Source of the DNA: Puniceicoccales bacterium | GTDB lineage: Bacteria; Verrucomicrobiota; Verrucomicrobiia; Opitutales; LL51 | Reading direction: 5' to 3' | DNA length: 32,000 nucleotides | NCBI GenBank assembly: GCA_031283585.1 | Contig: JAITBP010000011.1 | Location: 42,900-74,899, forward strand | In this document: positions 1 to 8,343 of the stretch, one piece after another | Position numbering within the stretch: the first letter of the stretch is position 1 | Layout of the letters: every line of letters starts with the position of its first letter | Program-made: the position numbers and the translations under genes | The notes under the pieces: model-generated | Seen by the model: only the letters and a program-made list of their open reading frames with translations | The model's database searches: none | What the model was told of the DNA's origin: nothing

Positions 1-144
1 TTTTGGTCACCTTAAACCTCTTTACGATGGATTTGTTAGTCTTCTGCATAAAACTTTGTATACTCAATGCATTTTAACCAAAGTTGTAAAGCATTTTCTT
101 TAATAAATAAAATATAAAATTTTTCGAGCAGATACCTCGGTATT

Positions 145-927
145 TTAGTATGCAGAGACTTTCTGTCTTGGCAATCTGTTTATTGTGGAGGTAATTTCGA
201 AATAGCGCAAAAAATCGACACCAAATCTATCTATGGAAAGATTCAGTTGCCATACCTCTATTCCTTTTTTCATTGAATCCTTCATGGCCTGGAATATTTC
301 CGTGTTATATTTACTTGGTGGCGGAGGGACAAACTTTGGTGCATCAAACACAAAGCAGGTTAGTAGAATGGCTCGATTATTTTTCTCCAGACTGTTGCCT
401 AGTTCCTGGACATGTTTAATGAATCGATCCAAGGTCATCAGTCCATGGTTCGGTAACTCCTCTCCTGGCTTTATAAATAGATGGATGAGTGGCATTTTGA
501 CTTCGATGTAGGTATTTCCTACGCAAAAATCCAACCTTGAGGAGCCAAGAATTTGTTCCCGAAGGACCGGTTCCCCTGGCGGAGCCAGGTTTTCAAGTCG
601 GCCGGTTTTCAAAAAATATTCCACATATTTGTTTACGGCGGTTTGATTAATCCCGATCCAATTTTTTTTTGGATTATCGATGGTGTCCAGGGAAAATGCT
701 TCCACGGTGTAATTGGTTTTACGGTGGCTATTGTTGGATTTAGAAAGCAGACAGGGCACATTGCTGAAGACGATTTTACCAACTTTTCCGGTGGTGGGAC
801 AATGGCATTTTTCTATTTTTCCTTCGATCTCCACATACATCAGAAAACGACTTGGCCTGGATTTTATGATTCCTTCGGTCAAAGGAGTACTAAATTTAAA
901 TCCAGAAGAATCATACGAAGGCTTCAT
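145..927 (-). CDS. sfsA: Sugar fermentation stimulation protein SfsA family (DNA/nuclease-like fold)
   Basis: The translation contains typical SfsA blocks: IIKSRPSRFLMYVEIEGKIEKCHCPTTGKVG, YTVEAF, IGINQTAVNKYVE and RLDFCV...YIEVK. The track ORF extends to 1062, but residues 1-45 overlap the 3' end of tmRNA. I therefore start at the internal ATG (plus-strand 'cat' at 925-927, MKPSYDSSG...). Confidence 0.8.
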   Translation of the reverse strand: MKPSYDSSGFKFSTPLTEGIIKSRPSRFLMYVEIEGKIEKCHCPTTGKVGKIVFSNVPCLLSKSNNSHRKTNYTVEAFSLDTIDNPKKNWIGINQTAVNKYVEYFLKTGRLENLAPPGEPVLREQILGSSRLDFCVGNTYIEVKMPLIHLFIKPGEELPNHGLMTLDRFIKHVQELGNSLEKNNRAILLTCFVFDAPKFVPPPPSKYNTEIFQAMKDSMKKGIEVWQLNLSIDRFGVDFLRYFEITSTINRLPRQKVSAY

Positions 928-1017
928 AGGACATACAACACCCAATCCGACCGGAAGTAAATTGATAAGTAATGTTTTGTAAATCCTAATTTTGGTGATT
1001 GAGCTACATTTAAGCCC

Positions 1018-1394
1018 TGGTGGAGGTGGCGGGAATTGAACCCGCGTCCTGCAAAATTTCAAATGATGTGTCTACGCATGTAGTCGATAATCTGGTTCAT
1101 TGGTGTGAATCCATCGACAAATTCACACCAACTAGCACACAGTCTAATTACATTATGGTCCTGGGTGCCCGGCCATAATGTTTCTCGCTGTTCACACACC
1201 GAGCCGGCTTTAGCGAGAATCGAACCGGTCGACGTGCCGCAATTAAGCAGCAAGTGCGACAGCTTCGTCACCGAAGTTAGCCGCTATGACATTATCTTTG
1301 CCATTTATATCTTTCGATGGATTTTTACGGAGCCAACCATCATCTCCGATACGCAACATCAATCTACGCTTCACAGTCGAAACCAAACACCCCC
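1018..1394 (-). ncRNA. ssrA: tmRNA (SsrA), 377 nt, CCA encoded
   Basis: The minus-strand 5' end GGGGGTG pairs with the 3' end CACCTCC-A-CCA, giving a G3:U70 Ala-type acceptor. The T-arm is GCGGG-TTCAATT-CCCGC. There is an internal tag ORF GGC AAA GAT AAT GTC ATA GCG GCT AAC TTC GGT GAC GAA GCT GTC GCA CTT GCT GCT TAA, ending in the canonical ...ALAA*. The resume codon is uncertain. Confidence 0.85.
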
Positions 1395-1402
1395 GATCAA
1401 AA

Positions 1403-1476
1403 TGGTGCGGGCAGACGGAATCGAACCGACGACACCAACTTGGAAGGCTGAAGTTTTACCGCTAAACTATGCCCGC
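1403..1476 (-). tRNA. tRNA-Gly (anticodon UCC), CCA encoded
   Basis: The reverse complement GCGGGCATAGTTTAGCGGTAAAACTTCAGCCTTCCAAGTTGGTGTCGTCGGTTCGATTCCGTCTGCCCGCACCA folds as a cloverleaf. Acceptor GCGGGCA/TGCCCGC, anticodon loop CT-TCC-AA, T-loop TTCGATT. Confidence 0.9.
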
Positions 1477-1530
1477 AATAACTATCGTTATAGTTTAGTT
1501 TGCTATGCCATGGTCAAGATTTTTCTTAAC

Positions 1531-2745
1531 CTATAGCCCAAGCTTTTCTAGCGTATCCTTGATTCTATTCCCGATGACCGGCTGCCAGTTTCTTATGCTG
1601 AATAAATCTCTTTTTTCTGCCAAATCTTTGGTAGATTTTCTGTATTCAATAATTATTGTCTCACCGGCTTTGATCTTCTTTTTTATGTCCTGGCTATATT
1701 TTGGTGTAAATTTTTTTGGCAGGCCATACCAGGTCCACTCTATGTCCCAGGCTATCAAGCTGTTGGTTGGATCTAGCTTTTTGTCCAGTAGTTTGTTGTA
1801 TTTTTCAACAAAATATGGTATTTTGTCCGAAAATGTTCTGGTGACGAATGCCGTTGGTTCCTTTTCCAGGACCGAGGCAATGCTGTTTCCATTGTTTAGT
1901 GCCCTGAGCATCGGGATAGGATCCGTGCCAATGAGATTTAATCCGTTCCATTCGCCATGGAAATTTTTATCATCGGGTCCATAGGTTTTATCATACCAGT
2001 TTTGAAAGCTATCTCGATTGCCTAGTTGCAGGTCGATTTCGAAGTGTAAATGTGCTAAATTTTTGTCTATTTTAAAAACATTTGATGTGGTGCCGATGGT
2101 ACCGATGGATTGGCCACATTTTATAGGACTGCCTTGCTTGATATTATCCTGGATCTTGCTCAGATGGGCATAGAGTGAACAAATTTTGATGTCTAGACAG
2201 CTGTGTTCCACTATCACATATTTTCCGTAGCTGCTATTGGAAGTCTGGTTGTTTATATAGGCTACAACACCATCTTTGATGCATAGTACATTATCGATCG
2301 GATTGTTTGCTAAGTCCCGCTTGAACGACCTGATGTCGATGCCTTCATGGTATTTGGTGTTGTTCTCTCTGACAAACCCAAAGCCACCGGATTCAAATCT
2401 TCCTGATTCGGTGGGCTGCAGGTACTTTTCCGGGAAATCCATGTCTCTAAGAAAGCAACTATCCGTGGGCCAGGATAGAACAGCGATGGGTTTGGCTGTG
2501 CCATTAGTTTGTCGGCTTGGTGGGGCTGAAATTTTCGTGGTTACATCAGCCATTTCTGTGGCGAAAATACCCTGGTCCAGTTCGGTGACCAGGGATCTTG
2601 GTTTTGGCAATGGGGCCGTGTTTTGGGACGACACTTCTGTGGAATGCAACGAGTTATTGATGGCTGTGCCACATGAAGTCGCCAGTATACCCACCAGTAT
2701 GAATAATACCTGGCTGGATTTAAATATTTTCAGAATCGTGTTCAT
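1531..2745 (-). CDS. M23 (LytM-type) metallopeptidase, probable lipoprotein or secreted
   Basis: M23 zinc motifs are present: YHEGIDI and the later AHLHFEI. The N-terminus MNTILKIFKSSQVLFILVGILATSCG is signal-peptide or lipobox-like. The ATG start at 2743-2745 was verified. Confidence 0.8.
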   Translation of the reverse strand: MNTILKIFKSSQVLFILVGILATSCGTAINNSLHSTEVSSQNTAPLPKPRSLVTELDQGIFATEMADVTTKISAPPSRQTNGTAKPIAVLSWPTDSCFLRDMDFPEKYLQPTESGRFESGGFGFVRENNTKYHEGIDIRSFKRDLANNPIDNVLCIKDGVVAYINNQTSNSSYGKYVIVEHSCLDIKICSLYAHLSKIQDNIKQGSPIKCGQSIGTIGTTSNVFKIDKNLAHLHFEIDLQLGNRDSFQNWYDKTYGPDDKNFHGEWNGLNLIGTDPIPMLRALNNGNSIASVLEKEPTAFVTRTFSDKIPYFVEKYNKLLDKKLDPTNSLIAWDIEWTWYGLPKKFTPKYSQDIKKKIKAGETIIIEYRKSTKDLAEKRDLFSIRNWQPVIGNRIKDTLEKLGL

Positions 2746-3091
2746 TTTTTGTAACGTATCCAGAGTCCTGTCTCTGGTGATTTACTCGATTTTTCTTACA
2801 ATAAATATCATAAAGGTCGTCGGAGGTCATGCCAACGGCCTGGGCCATTGCTATCAAAAAATGGAATAGATCTATAATTTCCACCCGGGCATTTTGTTCA
2901 TTAAATACCTGATATTTGGCCCACCATTTCCACGGTACAGAGTCGATAAGCTCTGCAAGTTCTTGCTGCATAGCTCTTGAGTAATTTAAAATCCACTTTA
3001 TTTTACCCTGTTCATCCAGAGCCTCGTTGTTAAGGCCGATCCGTCCGGTGAGTATGGTCTGCATCTCAAACATGTGATCCAATTTATCCAT
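2720..3091 (-). CDS. Dimeric (all-alpha) dUTPase / MazG-like NTP pyrophosphohydrolase family protein
   Basis: The pattern LDHMFEMQ..L..RI, ELAELIDSVPWKWWAK and VEIIDLFHFLIAMA matches the dimeric dUTPase (dUTPase_2) architecture as I recall it. The track start at 3136 is a TTG, and the first ATG is at 3091. The start is uncertain and the gene overlaps the M23 start by 26 nt. Confidence 0.55.
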   Translation of the reverse strand: MDKLDHMFEMQTILTGRIGLNNEALDEQGKIKWILNYSRAMQQELAELIDSVPWKWWAKYQVFNEQNARVEIIDLFHFLIAMAQAVGMTSDDLYDIYCKKNRVNHQRQDSGYVTKNEHDSENI

Positions 3092-3164
3092 TTTTTTAAA
3101 AAATGGCTTTACGCCGAATTTTGCAAATAAAAACAATAGGACCTAGGAGATAAAAATGCAATCA

Positions 3165-3728
3165 TCAAACTCTCCCGAGGTATTTACATTCATTGGTGCT
3201 GATTCGGATGATGTCACCATCTTTCACAAACAAAGGTACCTGTACCACCAACCCACTTTCCATCGTGGCAGGTTTTTGGGCACTGGAGACCGAATCGCCG
3301 CGTAGGCCTTCGGGGGAGCTGACAACCTTCATCTCCACCGAGGCGGGCAATTGTATTTGAACTGCTTTGTCATCAACAAATAATATATCGTATTCCTGGC
3401 CTTCGATCAGGAATTTTTTCTGCTCTTCAACTGTGGCTTTGGCAAGAACCGTGTATTCGTAGGTTTCAGTATTTAGGAAGTGAAATCCTTCCTGATCTAC
3501 GTAGGAAAATTCTAGGGTTTTGGTGGAAACGTGGCAAAACTCAATGTTGTCCGTGGACCGAAATTTTGTGGTTGTTGAGGCGCCTGTGTGAAGATTTCTC
3601 ATGGTTACCTGAACAAAACCAGCCTGACGGCCCTGGGTTCGGTGTAACATCTCCAGAATGAGATGCGGAGCCTCCTGGTATAATAATACACGCCCTTTCC
3701 TTATATCTGTTGGCGAAGCCATGACCAT
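3165..3728 (-). CDS. efp: Translation elongation factor P
   Basis: The 187-aa product aligns residue by residue with E. coli EF-P: IRKG..., TQGRQAGFVQVTMRNLHTG...KFRSTD. The loop residue equivalent to E. coli K34 is Arg (codon at 3627-3629). Confidence 0.9.
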   Translation of the reverse strand: MVMASPTDIRKGRVLLYQEAPHLILEMLHRTQGRQAGFVQVTMRNLHTGASTTTKFRSTDNIEFCHVSTKTLEFSYVDQEGFHFLNTETYEYTVLAKATVEEQKKFLIEGQEYDILFVDDKAVQIQLPASVEMKVVSSPEGLRGDSVSSAQKPATMESGLVVQVPLFVKDGDIIRISTNECKYLGRV

Positions 3729-3834
3729 ATAAATATTTATAACTGTTTGAAATCAAGCAGAAACTACATGGGCTGGTTGCCCGATTATCATTGCAAAATT
3801 AATTTCACATTTAGATTTGCTGGTCAATCTCGGA

Positions 3835-5628
3835 ATGAATGACATAAAATTAATTCGCAATTTTTGTATAATTGCCCATGTGGATCATGGAAAAACCACC
3901 CTATCGGACCGATTATTGGAGCGTACCCACACGGTGCAAAAGAGAGAGATGCAAGATCAATTGCTGGATTCCATGGATCTGGAACGGGAACGTGGGATCA
4001 CCATAAAATGCCATCCGGTGACCATGAAGTACCTGGATGGTACCCGGGAGTACATGTTGAATTTGATAGACACTCCGGGCCATGTGGATTTTTCCTACGA
4101 GGTATCTAGAAGTTTGGCCGCCTGCGAAGGGGCGCTGCTGCTAATCGATGTGAGCCAAGGCATAGAGGCCCAGACGGTGGCAAATGCTAACCTGGCCATG
4201 GCCCAGGGCCTTACCATAATTCCGGTTATAAATAAGATTGATTTGCCAAGCGCTCAGCCAGAACATGTTATTGCACAACTCGAAGATATTTTGGCCATTC
4301 CCAGAGAGGAGGCTATTTTTGCCAGCGCTAAATCTGGCATTGGAATAGATGAGATTTTAAGCAACATTGTCGAGCATATTCCCCATCCCAAAGGCTCGGA
4401 ATATCCAAAAACCAGATGTCTTGTTTTTGATTCAATGTTCGATTCCTACCGTGGAGTCATATGCTACCTGAGGGTATTTTCTGGGGAGATCTCTGAAGGC
4501 AGCGAAGTATTACTGATGGGTAAAATTCAACAAGCCCAGGTCAAGGAGGTTGGTATTTTTTCGCCAAAGATGGTTAGGACCGGAAAGTTGGTGGCTGGGC
4601 AGGTTGGGTATATAGTGACCAGTATAAAATTGGTGACCGATGTGAAAACCGGCGACACTATTACCCTCAGCAAGGATCCGGCCGAAGAGATGCTGCCGGG
4701 TTATAAGGAAGTGCGGCCCATGGTATTCAGCGGCATATATCCCATCGATACTTCGGATTATGAAAAGCTTAAATCTGCCATGGCGAAGTTGCAATTAAAT
4801 GATTCGGCACTGATTTATCAGCCGGAAAATTCGGTTGCCCTTGGCTTTGGATTTCGGTGTGGATTTTTAGGTTTATTACATATGGAAATCGTCCAGGAAA
4901 GGATTCGCCGGGAGTATAATCTTGACGTGATTTCCACCTATCCCAGCGTGGTTTATAGGGTAATGCGAACCGATGGTGTAATGATGGAAGTGGATAATCC
5001 ATTGCATCTTCCAGATCCATCGACCATAGACTACATCCAGGAACCATTGATAATGACCACTATTCATATACCGAGCGAGTCCGTGGGAGACATGCTGGCT
5101 CTGATAACCGAGAAGCGTGGCTCATGCAAGAGGACCGAGACCGTTGATACCGGGAAGTTGATTTTGTGTTGCGAATTACCACTGAGCGAGATACTTGTGG
5201 ATTTTAACGATAGGCTTAAAAGCATTACAAGAGGTTATGGCTCAATGGATTACGAACTTGGTGACTATGTGACCGCCGATCTGGTAAGACTTGATATCCT
5301 GGTTGCCGGCGATCCCATTGATGCATTTTCTTCCATAGTTCATCGGAGTAAATCCGTGGCCCGAGGGCGTGAAATGTGCGAAAAGTTGAAACAAATCCTT
5401 CCGCGACAACTATTTAGCGTTGCGATACAGGCGGCCATAGGTGGTACAATAATTGCCCGGGAGACGTTGAGTGCCATGAGAAAAGATGTGACGGCCAAGT
5501 GCTATGGCGGCGACATTTCAAGGAAGCGGAAGTTGCTAGATAGGCAGAAGGAAGGCAAGAAGCGTATGAAGCAAATTGGCAAGATTTCGATACCGCAAGA
5601 TGCTTTTGTAAAAATACTTAAATCCTAG
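3835..5628 (+). CDS. lepA: Elongation factor 4 (LepA), translational GTPase
   Basis: G-domain motifs are present: IRNFCIIAHVDHGKTTLSDRLL, DTPGHVDF, NKIDL. The LepA-specific C-terminus is also present (...KCYGGDISRKRKLL..QKEGKKRMK). The track start at 3817 is TTG, so I prefer the ATG at 3835 (MNDIKLIRNF). Confidence 0.95.
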   Translation: MNDIKLIRNFCIIAHVDHGKTTLSDRLLERTHTVQKREMQDQLLDSMDLERERGITIKCHPVTMKYLDGTREYMLNLIDTPGHVDFSYEVSRSLAACEGALLLIDVSQGIEAQTVANANLAMAQGLTIIPVINKIDLPSAQPEHVIAQLEDILAIPREEAIFASAKSGIGIDEILSNIVEHIPHPKGSEYPKTRCLVFDSMFDSYRGVICYLRVFSGEISEGSEVLLMGKIQQAQVKEVGIFSPKMVRTGKLVAGQVGYIVTSIKLVTDVKTGDTITLSKDPAEEMLPGYKEVRPMVFSGIYPIDTSDYEKLKSAMAKLQLNDSALIYQPENSVALGFGFRCGFLGLLHMEIVQERIRREYNLDVISTYPSVVYRVMRTDGVMMEVDNPLHLPDPSTIDYIQEPLIMTTIHIPSESVGDMLALITEKRGSCKRTETVDTGKLILCCELPLSEILVDFNDRLKSITRGYGSMDYELGDYVTADLVRLDILVAGDPIDAFSSIVHRSKSVARGREMCEKLKQILPRQLFSVAIQAAIGGTIIARETLSAMRKDVTAKCYGGDISRKRKLLDRQKEGKKRMKQIGKISIPQDAFVKILKS

Positions 5629-6234
5629 ATGTTCGGAACCATACATGTGTTGGATTTTGAGGGTAATCAGGAATTCGGTGTTGTTGAATTTGGCATCGTT
5701 ACCCTGGTTAACCTGGAGATATCTGGTTGTGTAGGAGTCGGATGTAGATCAAAATCCGGGACTTTTATCTCCAGAGATTTCCGAGAGCATTCCAGGATAA
5801 ACAACGAGGCCGACGATGAGGTTGAGTTCAGTGACCATGTTTCGAAGTTCGTTTTGCTGCGTCGGTCAGGTATTTTTTGCGCCCACTCGTCGCAGACCGA
5901 AAAGTCCTTGCTTCGGAGTTACATGCCGACGCCTGGCCTGGTCTTAAGATTTTATGCCAGCGGATTGACCAGTTCCTGGGATCCCTGGATTGATACAAAG
6001 TTGCTGTACCGGAGGTGCTTCCCGAATATCAGGAATTATTCGTTGATGGCATTGATAACCAGGTGTAATTTGCGTTCGGCCTTGGATGAGGTTTCTGGTA
6101 AATATTGTCCGGTGTATAAATGTAAGCCGCATAACGCTCTATACGATGCTTTGGCTTCGGCGTTACTGTTGATGAACTTCATAAAAATTTCCAAAATTAC
6201 TTCGTTGGTTGACTTGGTCGAGATTTGTCTGTGA
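5629..6234 (+). CDS. DEDDh-type 3'-5' exonuclease (DnaQ/epsilon-like) with a variant Exo II motif
   Basis: Exo I is HVLDFEG and Exo III is HNALYDA. Exo II reads AHSSQTEKSLL rather than the canonical HNAxFD. The ATG directly abuts the lepA stop (TAGATG). Confidence 0.65.
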   Translation: MFGTIHVLDFEGNQEFGVVEFGIVTLVNLEISGCVGVGCRSKSGTFISRDFREHSRINNEADDEVEFSDHVSKFVLLRRSGIFCAHSSQTEKSLLRSYMPTPGLVLRFYASGLTSSWDPWIDTKLLYRRCFPNIRNYSLMALITRCNLRSALDEVSGKYCPVYKCKPHNALYDALASALLLMNFIKISKITSLVDLVEICL

Positions 6235-6242
6235 TTTGAACC

Positions 6243-7460
6243 ATGAATCCTTCGCGAGATTTTGTTCCGGTACCGTTCGGTTATCACCAGGAGCTGGACC
6301 TGGTTATAGATAACATCACCAACCTAGGGCTGGGCGTTGGTCGGCTGGATGGCTGGGTGGTGATGGTCCCTGGAGTGGTTATAGGAGAAGAAGTTAGGCT
6401 GAGAATTTTTAGAAATCATAGGAATTATTCCGAGGCAGATTTGGTCCAGGTTATCAGACCGGCCAGGGAGCGTGTTTTGCCCAGGTGTCCGTTGTTTGGT
6501 CAATGTGGAGGTTGCCAGTATCAGCATATGAATTACGAAACGCAGCTGAGCCTAAAGACCAAGCAGGTCTGCGAATTATTCAGGAAGTTAGCCGGTGTTG
6601 AGGTGGTTGTAAATCCCATGGTTCCGTCGTCGAGAACATATAATTATAGATCAAAAATAACACCGCACTTCGAAAGACCTAGAAATGGCAAATGTAACCT
6701 GGGGTTTCTGAAATTTGGCAGTCGGCATAGTATCGTCGATGTGGACGCCTGTCCTATTGCCACCGAAGGAATTAATGCAGCCATTGGGCCGATGAAAGAA
6801 GCGGTTTTGGCAAAGGCAAAGACAAAAAATCACAAAAATGGTGGTACACTTTTGCTGAGAGAAGTGGCTGGACAGATTACGTCGGATAACAACGAGATCG
6901 TTATGGAACGGGTTGGCCTCCATAGATTTTATTTCAAAGCCGGTGAATTTTTTCAAAACAATCCCTATATTTTGCCAGAATTTGTAGAATTTATACTGAC
7001 AAAGGCTGCCGGCAATGGGGCAGAGGTTCTCTTGGATGTGTACTGTGGTGTCGGATTGTTTGGCATCTGTGGAAGCAGTAGATTTGAGAAGGTGATCGGT
7101 ATAGAAATAAATGAAGACGCAATAAAATTGGCCCGGAGAAATGCCGAGGAAAATCGAGTTACAAATGTGGATTTTGTCGTCGGTGATGCGGAGAAAATTT
7201 TTGAAACCGTTGGTTTTTCTGGCAAAACCTCTTCGGTGATTTTGGATCCACCGCGCAGCGGTTGTAGCCGCGGTTTTATTAACCAGTTGATTGCCTTTAG
7301 GCCAGGTAATATAGTCTACGTTTCCTGTGCTCCGGATAGCCAGGCCCGTGATATCCATCTGCTTCTGCAAGAAGGATATGCAATCACTGAAGTTCAGCCG
7401 TTTGATCTGTTTCCTCAGACCAGGCACATCGAGAATGTGGTTCTACTTAGGTTAGTCTGA
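6243..7460 (+). CDS. RumA/RlmD/TrmA-family RNA (uracil-C5)-methyltransferase with TRAM domain and 4Fe-4S Cys cluster
   Basis: There is an N-terminal TRAM-like segment (GLGVGRLDGWVVMVPGVVIGEEVRLRI). The Cys cluster is CPLFGQCGGCQYQH plus a later C. The SAM motif is LDVYCGVGLFG, followed by DPPRSG and the catalytic YVSCAP. Confidence 0.85.
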   Translation: MNPSRDFVPVPFGYHQELDLVIDNITNLGLGVGRLDGWVVMVPGVVIGEEVRLRIFRNHRNYSEADLVQVIRPARERVLPRCPLFGQCGGCQYQHMNYETQLSLKTKQVCELFRKLAGVEVVVNPMVPSSRTYNYRSKITPHFERPRNGKCNLGFLKFGSRHSIVDVDACPIATEGINAAIGPMKEAVLAKAKTKNHKNGGTLLLREVAGQITSDNNEIVMERVGLHRFYFKAGEFFQNNPYILPEFVEFILTKAAGNGAEVLLDVYCGVGLFGICGSSRFEKVIGIEINEDAIKLARRNAEENRVTNVDFVVGDAEKIFETVGFSGKTSSVILDPPRSGCSRGFINQLIAFRPGNIVYVSCAPDSQARDIHLLLQEGYAITEVQPFDLFPQTRHIENVVLLRLV

Positions 7461-7524
7461 GATTTATCTATGCCGGGTGATTGGATATTGACTGGCTAGG
7501 TTTCATCCTTATCAATGCAAATAC

Positions 7525-8274
7525 ATGTCAAGTTTGGCTTTTGCAGGTCGTGTTGCTGTGGTTACAGGTGCCAGTAGGGGAATAGGCGAAGGTATTGCCA
7601 GGGCTTTGGCTCGTGGTGGTGCCCACGTTGTATGTGTAAGCCGTTCTATGGCAAACTGTTCGAAAGTCTCGGATGAGATCATCGCCCTGGGAGGATCGGC
7701 CGAGGCTATGGCGGTGGATGTTTCAGATTCGGTTGAAGTGGAGAAAGCTTGTGGTATTTTGTTGGAAAAACATCCGGCGGCGGATATTCTTGTAAACAAT
7801 GCCGGAATAATAAAGGATGCCATACTTATGCGGATGTCCTATGGGGATTGGGATGATGTGATTCGGACCAATTTGAGCAGTTGTTTTTTCTGGCTGAAGA
7901 ACTTGATGAGGCCTATGGTTCAAAGGCGTTGGGGTAGAATAGTCAACATGTCGTCGATTGTAGGTAAAATTGGGAATTTTGGCCAGGCTAACTACGCTGC
8001 GGCCAAGGCTGGTCTGATTGGGTTAACAAAGTCAGCAGCAAAGGAAGTTGCATCCCGAGGTATATGCGTAAATGCAATAGCTCCAGGGTTTATAAGCACA
8101 GATATGACAGCCAGGTTGGATCAAAAATCCATCGATGACCTGGCTAGATTTATCCCGATGAAGCGTTTGGGTTCTGTGGAAGATGTGGTTCCGCTGGCGA
8201 CATTTTTATGTTCCGAGGAGGCCAGGTATATCACGGGTCAGATTTTCACCGTTGACGGAGGTATGACCATGTGA
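7525..8274 (+). CDS. fabG: 3-oxoacyl-[ACP] reductase (SDR family)
   Basis: SDR motifs are present: VVTGASRGIG, NNAGI, the S...YAAAKAG catalytic triad, and PGFISTDM. At 249 aa the length is typical of FabG. Confidence 0.85.
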   Translation: MSSLAFAGRVAVVTGASRGIGEGIARALARGGAHVVCVSRSMANCSKVSDEIIALGGSAEAMAVDVSDSVEVEKACGILLEKHPAADILVNNAGIIKDAILMRMSYGDWDDVIRTNLSSCFFWLKNLMRPMVQRRWGRIVNMSSIVGKIGNFGQANYAAAKAGLIGLTKSAAKEVASRGICVNAIAPGFISTDMTARLDQKSIDDLARFIPMKRLGSVEDVVPLATFLCSEEARYITGQIFTVDGGMTM

Positions 8275-8343
8275 TTTTTTAGTGTTACGCCGGTGCGCAC
8301 AGGCCCGGGACAAGTGCTGTAATGGACTGTAGTTGAAGTAGTT

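Noticed and set aside
2-103. Open frame running in from the left window edge (…FGHLKPLYDGFVSLLHKTLYTQCILTKVVKHFL*)
   Set aside because: It spans only 33 codons, has no recognisable motif, and another frame is similarly open. It cannot be supported as a gene end.
1059-1536. Track ORFs 1059..1271(-) and 1105..1536(+), plus the first 45 codons (928..1062) of the 145..1062 ORF
   Set aside because: They lie entirely over the tmRNA and tRNA-Gly genes. They have no protein-like features, and the PPPPP run is just the tmRNA acceptor/T-arm read as codons.
6651-7427. Long antisense ORFs: 6651..7427(-), 24368..24991(-), 2276..2869(+), 553..960(+), 7512..7823(-)
   Set aside because: Each lies opposite a confidently identified conserved gene (methyltransferase, PFOR, M23 peptidase, sfsA, fabG). 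Their composition is low-complexity and unlike real proteins, so they are shadow ORFs.
7488-7515. TTGACT-N16-TATCAA promoter-like element ending 9 nt before the fabG ATG
   Set aside because: It would imply a leaderless or near-leaderless fabG mRNA. Without transcription start site data, the pattern match alone is insufficient.
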